The notes beneath the pieces are model-generated. The model searched no databases. It was not told the origin of the DNA and was given only the letters and a program-made list of their open reading frames with translations. From Heptranchias perlo (taxonomy: Eukaryota): 64,000 nucleotides of DNA. Below are positions 52,381 through 64,000 of the stretch, one piece after another (the stretch's first letter is position 1; each line of letters begins with the position of its first letter). The position numbers and the translations under genes were made by a program. Location: assembly GCF_035084215.1 (NCBI RefSeq), contig NC_090329.1, positions 100,378,001 to 100,442,000 on the forward strand. The letters run 5' to 3'.

Positions 52381-54374
52381 TTAAAAACAGATAACATTTG
52401 TTCGCTGGTGGGGTAACGTGTAGCGTGACATGAACCCAAGATCCTGGTTGAGGCCGTCCTCATGGGTGCGGAACTTGGCAATCAATTTCTGCTCGACGAT
52501 TTTGCGTTGTCGTGTGTCTCGAAGGCCGCCTTGGAGTACGCTTATCCGAAGGTCGGTGGCTGAATGTCCTTGACTGCTGAAGTGTTCCCCGACTGGGAGG
52601 GAACCCTCCTGTTTGGCGATTGTTGCGCGGTGTCCGTTCATCCGTTGTCGCAGTGTCTGCATGGTCTCGCCAATGTACCATGCTCTGGGGCATCCTTTCC
52701 TGCAACGTATGAGGTAGACAACGTTGGCCGAGTCACAGGAGTATGAACCATGCACCTGGTGGGTGGTGTCCTCTCGTGTGATGGTGGTATCTGTGTCGAT
52801 GATCTGGCATGTCTTGCAGAGGTTACCGCGGCAGGGTTGTGTGGTGTCGTGGATGCTGTTCTCTTGAAAGCTAGGTAATTTGCTGCGAACGATGGTCTGT
52901 TTGAGGTTGGGTGGCTGTTTAAAGGCGAGTAGTGGAGGTGTGGGGATGGCCATAGCGAGGTGTTCGTCGTCATTGATGACATGTTGAAGGCTGCGGAGAA
53001 CATGGCGTAGTTTCTCCGCTCCGGGGAAGTACTGGACGACAAAGGGTACTCTGTTGGTTGCGTCCCGTGTTAGTCTCCTGAGGAGGTCTATGCGATTTTT
53101 TGCTGTGGCCCGTCGGAACTGTCGATCGATGAGTTGAGCGTCATATCCCGTTCTTACTAGGGCGTCTTTCAGCGTCTGTAGGTGTCCATCGCGTTCCTCC
53201 TCGTCTGAGCAGACCCTGTGTATTCGCAGGGCCTGTCCATAGGGGATGGCCTCTTTGACGTGGTTAGGGTGGAAGCTGGAAAAGTGGAGCATCGTGAGGT
53301 TGTCCGTGGGCTTGCGGTAGAGTGAGGTGCTGAGATGCCCGTCTTTGATGGAGATTCGTGTGTCCAAGAAAGGAACTGATTCTGAGGAGTAGTCCATGGT
53401 GAGCTTGATGGTGGGATGGAACTTGTTGATGTTATCGTGTAGTCTCTTCAGTGATTCTTCGCCGTGGGTCCATAGAAAGAAAATGTCATCGATGTATCTG
53501 GTGTATAGTGTTGGTTGGAGGTCTTGTGCAGTGAAGAAGTCGTGCTCGAACTTGTGCATGAAAATGTTGGCGTATTGGGGTGCGAATTTGGTCCCCATGG
53601 CTGTTCCGTGTGTTTGGGTAAAGAACTGATTATTGAAGGTGAAGACATTGTGATCCAGGATGAAGCGGATGAGTTGTAGGATGGCGTCCGGAGATTGGCT
53701 GTTGTTGGTGTTGAGTATTGATGCTGTCGCAGCGATGCCGTCATCGTGGGGGATACTGGTGTAGAGTGCTGAGACGTCCATCGTGGTGAGAAGTGTTCCT
53801 GGTTCAACTGGTCCGTGGGTACTGAGTTTTTGTAGGAAGTCTGTAGTGTCGCGACAGAAGCTGGGGGTTCCCTGTATGATGGGTTTCAGGATGCCCTCGA
53901 TGTATCCAGAGAGGTTCTCACACAGGGTTCCGTTGCCTGATACAATAGGACGTCCGGGTGTGTTGGCTTTGTGTATCTTTGGGAGGCAGTAGAAGTCTCC
54001 CACGCGGGGAGTACGTGGGATGAGAGTGCGTAGGATGCTTTGAAGGTCTGGATCGAAGGTCTTGATCAGTTTGTTGAGCTGGTGGGTGTGTTCTTTGGTC
54101 GGGTCTGTGGGTAACCGTCTGTAGTGTTCCTGGTTGTCCAGTTGTCGGTATGCTTCTTTGCAATAGTCCGTTCTGTTCTGTATGACTATGGCTCCTCCTT
54201 TGTCCGCTGGTTTGATGACGATGTTGCGGTTGGTCTTGAGAGCGTTGATGGCGTTGCGTTGTGCTCGGGTGACATTCTGGACTGTCTTCTGAGTGCGGCT
54301 GATGAATCTGGCATTGACGCATTTCCTGACAGCTTGAGCATACATGTCCAGCTGAGGGCAGCGACCCTCACCTG
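52381..54374 (-). CDS. Penelope-like reverse transcriptase + GIY-YIG endonuclease (N-terminally truncated, no internal stops)
   Basis: Motifs KPADKG, LPKIHK..PGRPIVS, MDVSALYTSI, GTAMG...ANIFM, RYIDD, Cys linker PCRGNLCKTC and NVVYLIRC...YIGET..LRQRMNGH. The start at 54393 in the ORF track lies inside the inverted pLTR and is not native. Confidence 0.93.
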
Positions 54375-54514
54375 GAGACCTGGCAGGTAACACCTGTCTG
54401 TCTGCACACTGATTGCCTTGGCAACGGGCAGTTGAAAAAACTGTCTGTACTCACCAAGCATTGTTCTGTGAATTATAAATGCGACTTCATTTCGAGGATT
54501 TCATTTCCACATCG

Positions 54515-54553
54515 TTCACCTGAGGAAGGAGGTAGCCTCCGAAAGCTTGTGAA
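54515..54553 (+). ncRNA. identical hammerhead ribozyme in the inverted pLTR
   Basis: Helix I is TTCAC/GTGAA, the core is CTGAGGA...GAAA, helix II is GGAGG/CCTCC, and palindromic AAGCTT replaces helix III. Cleavage is predicted after 54548. Confidence 0.85.
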
Positions 54554-56351
54554 TTTAAAATAAAATTGCTGGACTATAACTTGGTGTTGTAAAATTGTTT
54601 ACAATTGTCAACCCCAGTCCATCACCGGCATCGCCACATCACATTTATACAGTTAGATCTATGTCACTACAGGACAAAATATGATTTGCAATGATAAACT
54701 ATGTTATTCAAATATGTGCAAACAATGCCTGGTGAAGGCTGTGGGAGTTAGAGTTCTATTTCTGCATCAACCTTAATGGCTGTCCTCAGCTCATGGTAGT
54801 TTTTCCTAACATTTTTCTAGGACACCCTTGGGTTTCTGAGCTGGCCTGTGATTCCCGAAAAGGTCATCCTGCTTTTCATGCATCCCAGACAAGAATGGTG
54901 AGATTACGGTGAGAAAGTGAGGGTGTCCAACCAGTATGAACAGCCATTGCTTAAGAAGTCTGACTTCCTCACTGCACAGCTGTATCAATGGCCTGGTCAG
55001 AGATACTGGTGATTAAATAGTCTGGAAAAGATGATTAATGCAGTTAAATGCAGCTTGGCTGCTTTCTGAAATTATGTGATACACGGTTCGTACTGGAAGA
55101 AACGCTGATGCACCTTTGGTTTGGTGAATCATTGATATTCATCAAGAGAAACAGGTAAACTTCAATAATTATTTCTAAATGGGGAAAATATAAATATTCG
55201 TGCATTAGATTTTTTTTTGTCCTGTTTGTGGAAATGTCTGCAATGCCAGTTAAACAATTAGATGGAATGTTACCAGCTTGGTGTGGTGTTTGGAGTCAGT
55301 TCTTGGATGAATTTTACACTTGTTGGCAGAATAAAACTGGTAATGGTTGAATTCTATGCTGTGTGTTTTGTTACACAGGATATGCACAGCTGACACTTTT
55401 TTGTAAGGTGTTTCACTGTTGGGGGGGACTGTCCTTCGAATGACGTGAGAAACTGAAGAGGCCCTCCCTACAGTGCATGTGTGTAAACGCACAAAGCATG
55501 TTAAACAAGGTTAAAGAGCTGCAGGCAAAATTAGCCACATGGAAATATGATGTTGTGGTGATAACGGAGACCTGGCTCAAAAAAAGGGCAGGATTGGGTA
55601 CTAAATATTCCTGGATACAAGGTGTTCAGGAAAGATAGGGAAGGAAAGAAAGGAGGTGGGGTGACAGTATTGATTAAGGAGAATATTGCAGTGCTGGAGA
55701 GAAAGGATGTCCTTGAGGGGTCAAGGACAGAATCTATTTGGTTAGAATTAAGAAACAATAGAAGTGCCGTTACACTACTGGGTGTATTCTATAGGCCACC
55801 AACTAGTGGGAAGGCGATAGAGGAACAAATTTGCAGGGAAATTACAGAGAGATGCAAAAACCATAGAGTAATGATAACTGGGACTTCAACTATCCCAATA
55901 TAGACTGGATAACAATAATAATATAAAGGGCAAAGAGGGGGAGGAATTTTTGAAGTGTGTTCAGGAGAATTTTCTCGACCAGTATGTTTCCGGCCCAACG
56001 AGGAAGGAGGCATTGCTGGACTTGGTTCTAGGGAATGAGCTGGGCAAAGTGGAGCAAGTGTCAGTGGGGGAACATTTAGGGAATAGTGATCATAGTATCA
56101 TAAGTTTTACAATAGCTATGGAAAAGGATATGGACCACTCTAAAGTAAAAATACTCAAATGGAGGAGGGCCAATTTCGGTGGGATGAGAACTGATCTGAC
56201 CCTGGTAAATTGGAATCAAGGATTGGAAGGCAAAACTGTAATTGAACAACTTTAAGGCGGAGATGGTTCGGGTACAGTCTAGGTACATTCCCACGAGGGG
56301 GAAAGGTAGGGCAACTAAAGCCAGAGCTCCCTGGATGACAAAAGAGATACA

Positions 56352-58088
56352 GGGGTCAATTTTCGGATGGCCGAGCAGGTGCATTCGTGGCGGGGGGGGG
56401 GCTCCTAAAATTGGGGATTCCCGGAGCAGGTCCGGAGCCTGACTCCAACCCGCCCACTTCCGGGTTCCCCAATGACACGAATCGGTGCATGTGCAGCCCC
56501 CGCATGCGGGACTCCCACCAGCAATCAAAGCCGACGGGATCCCACTTAAGATCATTATCTGGGTACTTGAGGCCGTTTACAGACCTCATTAGTTGGAGAT
56601 TTTAGGAGGATTCGGATTTTGAACTATCCAGAGCGTGTTTCCCATGCTGGGGGAAACACTCCCTGTTTAAACAGACGTGTTGCAGCCAGCAGCCTGTGGC
56701 AGCTGCAAAGATCCATTTAACAGGTGCGGGGTAAACCCTCATTCATTGCAGCAGGGCACTCTGTCACCTCAGACAAAGTTTTACCTGCCACACAGTTGTC
56801 TCCACACTCCAAATTATTAAATCATACCCTAAACTCTGCTGTTCAAACACATTTACCTACTTTGCGGACCCCCTCACACTCACACCGTCAGGATGGGGGT
56901 GGGGGGGTGGTTCTATTGCTGCATTCATCACTCCATTGGAGGATGAGCAACATCACCAGCCTCGCCAGGCACGCCGTCCACCTCCGTCACGTGGAGCTAC
57001 ACAACACGGAGCGGCGCACAGGCACCTGCACAAAGTAGTCGTGCAACTACACATACACCCACTGTAGGGTGACCCAATGGGTGGCATCTAGGGTGTTCAT
57101 TGAGAACCTCATGAAAGGGCCTTATTGCACAAGCCAGTCAAGAATGGCCAAGAAGTGGCAGTAGTGGTGCCAATATAATATGTAATGTGAGTTGATCAGA
57201 AATCAAATATAAGTAAAAACCATGACAAACCCTCAAACACCCTTGTGCATCCCCTTCATGCTCACGACATATTTGCCTTACGCTTCCTACTACACATATG
57301 TGATGCATGCCCTGTGGCTGCAGCACAGGTAGTGGCAGGTTGGGTGAGGCTGACTGTGAAAGAGATGCATGAGAGGGTGAGTATGAGACAGAGCCATGAG
57401 ATTGTATGAGGATTGGGTTGAGTGGTAGTGGTGGGATGAGTACTGGCGAGGTGAGGAAGTGCAGGTAAGATGAGGATGAGTTTTGAGTGGGTGTGAGGAG
57501 TGATGTGACAGAGTAGTGTTGGCAGTGGGGTGGGGGCGGTGATGTGGAAGACGGAGTGTAGGGGAATGAGTAAGTGTACTCACTTCGGCTGACCTACTTA
57601 GGTCATTGAAGCACCTCCTGCACTGTGTGCAGGTGCGTGATATGTTGTTGGTGCTGGTGACCTCCTCTGCCACCTCAAGCCAGGCCTTCTTGGTGGCAGA
57701 GTCAGGCCACTTCCTCCCGTCCGCCGGGGGGAAGATCTCTGTCCTCCCCCTCCTCCTCCCCCATCCACTAAGACCTGGAGTGAGGCATCATTAAACCTGG
57801 GAGCACCCTTCCCCCTGGGCTGCTCCATGCTGTAATTTTGGCTCCTTTCTGCAGCATCAGTCAGTGGAGGACTGCCCCTTTAAATAGAGCTCCTCCAGCT
57901 GACAGCATATGATGCGGGTGCGCAGTCCGCCCGCTGCGCAGCTTTCCAGCGCGAAACCCGGAAGCAAAGGTAAGTGGCTTCAATTTACTTACGATCGCGT
58001 GGGGAACCCACCGATTTTACTGGGCGGGTTACCCATGCGCCCAGTCAACCCCCCGCTGGCAACCCGCCTCCCTGTTAATATCGGGCCC
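56352..58088 (-). mobile_element. non-autonomous Harbinger deletion derivative, both ends present
   Basis: Termini are GGGGTCAATTTT / AATATCGGGCCC with TSD ACA/ACG. It carries Myb exon 1 (MEQPRGKGAPRFNDASL, CTQCRRCFNDL) and closely resembles 27637-28985. Confidence 0.88.
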
Positions 58089-58528
58089 ACGGAGTAAGAT
58101 GAAGCAGAAAAAAGGGGCATATGACAGATGTCAGGTTAATAACACAAGTGAGAACCAGATAGAATATAGAAAGTTCAGAGGGGAAATGAAAAAGGAAATA
58201 AGAGGGTCAAAGAGAGAGTATGAGAATATGCGGCCAACATAAAAGGGAATCCAAAAGTCTTCTATGGGCATGTAAACAGTAAATGGGTAGTAAGAGGAGG
58301 GGTGGGGCTGATCAGGGACCAAAAAGGAGATCTACTCATGGAGGCAGAAGGCATGGCTGAGTTACAAAAAGAGTACTTTGCATCTGTCTTTACCAAGGAA
58401 GAAGATGCTGCCAGAGTAAAGGAAAATGTAGTTGAGATACTGGATGGGCTAATAATTGATAAAGAGGAGGTACTAGAAAGGCTAGCTGTACCTAAAGTAG
58501 ATAAGTCACCCGGTCTGATGGCATGCAT

Positions 58529-61010
58529 CATAGAATCATAGAATCATAGAAAATTTATGGGACAGAAGGAGGCCATTCAGCCCATTGTGTCCACGCTGGC
58601 TGAGAAACGAGCCATCCAGCCTAATCCCACTTCCCCGCATTTGGTCCATAGCCCTGCAGGTCACTGCTCTTCAGGTCTACATCCAGGTATTTTTAAAATG
58701 AGTTGAGGGTTTCTGCCTCTACCACCCTCTCAGGCAGTGAGTTCCAGACCCCCACCACCATCTGGGTGAAAACATGTTTCCTCATTTCCGCTCTAATCCT
58801 TCTACCAATTACTTTAAATCAATGCCCCCCTGGTTATTGACCCCTCTGCTAAGGGAAATAGGTCCTTCCTACTCACTCTATCTAGGCCCCTCATCATTTT
58901 GTACACCTCAATCAAATCACCCCTCAGCCTCCTCTGTTCCAAGGAAAACAAACCCAGCCTATCCAATCTGTCATCATAGCTAAAATTCTCCAGTCCTGGC
59001 AACATCCTTGTAAATCTCCTCTGCACCCTCTCTCGTGCAATTACATCCTTGCTGTAATGTGGTGACCAGAACTGTGCACAGTACTCAAGCTGTGGCCTAA
59101 CTAGTGTTTTATACAGTTCCAGCATAACATCCCTGCTTTTATATTCTATGCCTTGGCTAATAAAGGAAAGCATTCCATATGCCTTCTTAACCACCTTATC
59201 TACCTGTCCTGCTACCTTCAGGGATCTGTGGACATGCACTCCAAGGTCCCTCACTTTCTTTACACCTCTCATTATCCTCCCATTTATTGTATATTCCCTT
59301 GCCTTGTTTGCTCTCCCCAAATGCATTATCTCACACTTCTCCAGATTGAACTCCATTTGCCACTCTTCTGCCCATCTGACCAGTCCATTGATATCTTCCT
59401 GCAGTCTACAGCTTTCCTCCTCACTATCAACCACACAGCCTATCTTTGTGTCATCCACAAATCTCTTAATTATGCCCCCTACGTTTAAGTCCAAATCGTT
59501 AATGAATACCACAAAAAGCAAAGGACCTAGTACCGAGCCCTGCAGCACCTAAGCTTTCCGTAGTATTGAGTTCCCGGTGTCTATCATAAGCTTTCTTTTT
59601 CTGCCTTATCTTACGCTGAGTGCTTCTTGACATCCAGGGGGCTCTAGATTTGGCAGCCCCTCCGTTTTTCTTTGTGGGAACATGTTTACCCTGAACCCAT
59701 TGAATCACCCCCTTGAATGCCTCCTACTGCTCTGACACTGATTTACCTTCAAGTAGCTGTTTCCAGTTTACTTCTGCCAAATCACTTCTCAGTTTAGTAA
59801 AATTGGCCTTTCCCCAATTGAAAGCTTTAACTCCTGCTCTGCTTTGTCCTTTTCCATAACTATGCTAAAACTAACTGTATTATGATCACTGCCACCGAAA
59901 TGCTCTCCCACTGCTACTTCTTCCTCCTGCCCCTCTTCATTTCCTGGAACTAAATCCAGAACTGCCCCCACTCTCGTTGGGCTTGCTATATACTGGCTAC
60001 AAAAATTCTCCTGTATGCAATTTAAGAATTCTGCGCCCTCTATACCATTCACACTGTTTGTATCCCAGTTAATATTAAGGTAGATGAAATCCCCTACTAT
60101 TTCTGCCCTATTGTTTTTGCACTTCTCAGAAATTTGCCTACATATTTGCTCCTCTATCTCGCTCTTACTGTTTGAGGGTCTATAGTACACTCCCAGTAGT
60201 GTGACTGCCCTTTTTTTGTACTTTAGCTCAACCCATAAGGCCTCATTTGATGCTCCTTCTAAAATATCATCCCTCCTCACAACTGTAATTGTTTCCTGAA
60301 CCAAAATTGCCACCCCTCCTCCTTTTTTATCCCCCTCTCTATCGCGTCTCAAAACCCTGTAACCAGGGACGTTGAGCTGCCAGTCCTGCACCTCTTTAAG
60401 ACATGTTTCTGTAATAGTTAAGATATCATACTACCACGTGTCTACCTATGACCTCAGCTCATCCGCCTTATTTCCTATACTCCTTGCTTTGAGGTAAATA
60501 CATTTAAGGACTGCCAAATTCCTCTGTTGTTTATTTTCTAACCTTCGTTCCCTCTGCCTTCCAGACTCACTCACTAATTTTCTGCCTTCCATTTCCAGTT
60601 CTGACTTTATTCCATCTGAATCCACAGTCAGGTTCCCATCCCCCTGCCAAGCTAGTTTAAACCCTCCCCGACAGCACGAGCAAACCTCCCCGCAAGGATA
60701 TTGGTCCCGGCCCTGTTGAGGTGCAACCTGTCCGGCTTGTACAGGTCCCACCTCCCCCAGAACCGGTCCCAATGCCCCAGGAATCTAAAGCCCTCCCCCT
60801 TGCACCACCTTTGCAGCCACGCATTCATCTGCTCTATCCTCCTATTTCTATTCTCACTGGCGCGTGGCACTGGGAGTAATCTGGAGATTACTACCTTTGA
60901 GGTCCTACTTTTTAATCTTTTTCCTAACTCCTTAAACTCTGCCTGCAGGACCTCATCCCTCTTTCTACCTCTGTCGTTGGTCCCGATATGGACCACGACC
61001 TCTGGCTGTT
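58529..61010 (-). mobile_element. CR1 LINE with partial ORF1 (SGNH esterase-like), APE, internally deleted RT and 3' tail
   Basis: 60652-60996 encodes VHIGTND...D.LHLN..G, 59789-60391 encodes APE, 58814-59548 encodes QGSVLGP..FVDDTK, and the (ATTCTATG)n tail is at 58529. Confidence 0.92.
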
Positions 61011-64000
61011 CCTAGGTTGCTGAGGGAAGTAAGGGTAGAAATTGCGGCCATAATCTTCCAAACATCCTTAGATTCGAGGGTGGTGCCAGAGGGCTGGAGA
61101 ATTGCAAATGTTACACCTTTGTTCAATAAAGGGTGTAAGGATAAACCCAGCAGCTACAGGCCAGTCAATTTAACTTCGGTGGTGGGGAAACTTTTAGAAA
61201 TGATAATCCTGGACAGAATTAGCAGTCACTTGGACAAGTGTGGATTGATTAGGGAAAGCCAGCACAGATTTGTTAAAGGCAAATCATGTTAAACTAATGA
61301 GTTTTTTGATGAAGTAACAGAGGGTCAATGAGGGCAATGCAGTTGATGTGGTGTGTATGGACTTTCAAAAGGCGTTTAATAAAGTGCCGCATAATAGGCT
61401 TGTCATCAAGATTGAAGCCAATGGAATAAAATTGGCTAAGTAACAGAAAGCAGAGAGTAGTAGTGAACAGTGTGCATAAATCGTTGAAAGAGGCAGGGCA
61501 GGTTGAGAAAGTGGTTAAAAAAGCATACAGGATCCTGGGCTTTATAAATAGAGGCATAGAGTACAAAAGCAAGAAGTCATGATGAACCTTTATAAAACAT
61601 TGGTTCGACCACAACTGGAGTATTGTGTCCAGTTCTGGGCACCGCACTTTAGGAAAGATGTGGAGGCCTTAGAGAGGATGCAGAAAAGCTTTACTAGAAT
61701 GATTCCAGGGATGAGGGAGTTTAGTTACATGGATAGACTGGAGAAGCTGGGGTTGTTCTCCTTGGAACTGAGGAGGTTGCGAGGAGATTTGATAGAGCTG
61801 TTCAAAATCATGAAGGGTCTAGACAAAATAGATAGAGAGAAACTGTTCCCATTGGCGGAAGGGTCAAAAACCAGAGGACATAGATTTAAGGTGATTGGCA
61901 AAAGAACCAAAGGTGACATGAGGAAATTTTTTTTATGCAGCAAATGGTCTGGAATGCACTGCCCGAAGAGGGGAGGAGGCAGATTCAATCATGGCCTTCA
62001 AAAGGGAACTGGATAAGAACTTGAAAGGAAAGAATTTGCAGGGCTATGGGGATAGGGCGGGGGAATGGGACTAGCTGAATTGCTCTTGCATAGTGCCGGC
62101 ACGGACTCGATGGACTAAATGGCCTCCTTCCGTGCTGTAACCTTTCTATGATCCTATAATTCTACAGAAGGCCCCAGAGAGTGGGGCTTTCACTTCAGTA
62201 GTCATTACTAAAACTGGATTAACCCTGGTGTCATGTCAAATATTTCCCTAAAAAAAACTTTTATTTCTACTTTTACCATTAGATAAGATCGGATGATTCA
62301 AGTTGACTTACAGTTCAGTTAAATATCTTCAAAATGCAAGATATAAGTGCCTGATTTTTGAGCATAAAAGCATAAATTATGAGTTATCTTATTTTTCCTG
62401 GAGTTTAAATGTGAGGCAGGCACCTCTTCACAACTGTAGAATTCCTTCTTTCTTCATAGGACAAACTGTGCCTTCAGCACTTAAGAGATCTGCCAATGTA
62501 AAGTTTGCTGCTGTTCTGCCCATTTTAATTGGCACCTCAAATCCTTACCTTCACTAGGACTTTGTCATCAGGCTGCCTGAAGCTATTAGGGAAGAGAGAA
62601 CTCCTTCGTGATTTCTCTTGTACTTTGAATGGTCTAGTAGAAGTCATACATAACTGAAACTTTTAGTTTCTTTGTGCTTTCACTGCTAGGTGCCAGTATA
62701 AACTGCAGCTTGATAAAATACATACTGCCTCAGCTCTGCCAAATATGAGTTCAACCTGGCATGCTAGAACAGCAAGATAAGATAGTCTGGCGAATTTGAA
62801 AACTACACACCAAAATATCTTCAGAGCTGGAACTTATTAGTACTGACTTCTGGTGATTTTTCCAATATGTAAGGCTTCCTAACATTAACTATTTGAGTAC
62901 GGCTCAGAGTAACAGCCCTGGCAATGCTCCACTATTAGCTCATTTTACAATCCTTGTGATATGCTGTCACCATCATATGTACCAATTAAAAATGACTGAC
63001 TAGACACTCCAAATTTAAACAAATCAAATTTTTTTAACTGCATTTGGAGGAAATATTAATAGTTGTGGAAAATGCCAGTTTTTTTTTCAATATGTTCTTG
63101 TTAATTATATCATTGAGTTCTAAAAGTCCAGGTCTAAACTAAGACTTCCTGTATATAATTATTTGTGATTAAACTTAAGATCCTGAATTTAATTATCCAT
63201 GTAATACTCATGCATGTGTATTTGTGGTTGAATACCATAAAAAGACTGGCATAGTGACCCTAGAGTTATTTGTCTGCAAACTCGTGGAATAGCTGGAAGC
63301 TTTTGAGATGGAAAGCACAATAAATCTGAACAAAGCCCTACTGTTTAGATCTAGTTAGTTAGACCTCCTCAATTAAACTGTAAGGGGCGATGTATTATAA
63401 TGTTCAGTGGGAACTTCCTCTGTTCACTAAATGCAGCAAAACTGTAAACATGTTCTTTATAAACAATTTCACTACAAAGAGCGAACAGAGGAAATCATCG
63501 CTAAATATTGCAATACCACCACCGTAGAGTTCCATTTGCAATTAACATACATTCCTGCTTCATATGTATGAACTAGATGAGTAAATACAGCAAGGTCATT
63601 CAGTGCATGACAGAAAAGATTGCACAACCAGCATAAACCCATAACCCATGAACATTTAGTCATATATAGATATGGTCAGGAATGGGCTAGTTAATTGCAT
63701 GACTGAATGTGTGGCTTTGAATTTATGCCATGAAAGTGTTTGAAAACATTATACTTTTTTGTCCATTTATTTTGATTTTTGACAAGTTCATAGATGATTT
63801 CTTTTAACTTTGTGCAAGAATTTTATGTGAGTGTTTGATTCTGTGTAGGAGACTATTGAAGGCAGGGAGATAGGTAGTGGTTTGGGGGGGAAGAAGTTCA
63901 GAGGGCAGGGATGCCCTCTTTAGTCCTCTGCTCCCAGTAGAGCGAGCAGCTTCTTGGGGAAGGTAATCGATCTCCTCTGGGATTGATAACCCTCCCCTGC

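Larger units (their letters stand above)
52052..54639 (-). mobile_element. Penelope-like retroelement (probably Neptune-type), 5'-truncated, with inverted pseudo-LTRs
   Basis: Contains an RT + GIY-YIG ORF, a 234-bp inverted repeat (52052-52285 / 54375-54608) and a 31-bp extension (54609-54639). The direct repeat CACATTTATACA lies at 52043-52054 and 54640-54651. Confidence 0.95.
55485..62152 (+). mobile_element. CR1 LINE ORF2 pseudogene carrying two nested insertions (56352-58088 and 58529-61010)
   Basis: Encodes APE motifs (ITETWL, FRKDR..GGGV, YRPP, LLDLVL, SDH). EIQ|SKMKQK and DGMH|PRLLREV rejoin across the two insertions, and RT and the C-terminus continue to 62152. Confidence 0.9.

Noticed and set aside
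54375-54393. Native start codon of the 670-aa Penelope ORF
   Set aside because: These codons lie in the inverted pLTR copy. The element is 5'-truncated at ~54374.
52052-54608. DNA transposon with 234-bp TIRs
   Set aside because: The enclosed ORF is an RT + GIY-YIG, not a transposase. The inverted arm is a copy of the element's own 3' pLTR.

Overview
Repeat-dense vertebrate non-coding DNA, most likely from a cartilaginous fish, judged from the CR1/L2 LINEs, Deu-domain SINEs and Penelope-derived short repeats. No host protein-coding gene can be identified with confidence, and nearly all listed ORFs are transposon fragments or antisense shadows. The main contents are: (1) a young, 5'-truncated Penelope-like retroelement (RT + GIY-YIG, 52381-54374, minus) bracketed by an apparently perfect 234-bp inverted pLTR pair, each arm carrying a minimal hammerhead ribozyme, and flanked by a 12-bp direct repeat; (2) several ~100-nt non-coding elements carrying a second, different hammerhead motif, one flanked by its own 10-bp direct repeat (248-347); (3) two decayed two-gene PIF/Harbinger transposons (DDE transposase plus a convergent spliced Myb/SANT gene with a helical C-terminus), two internally deleted derivatives and many MITE-like remnants; (4) two multi-layer nests of CR1 and Harbinger insertions (17.3-24.3 kb and 55.5-62.2 kb); (5) a 37-bp minisatellite. 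All coordinates were read by eye, and the boundaries of old repeats are approximate.
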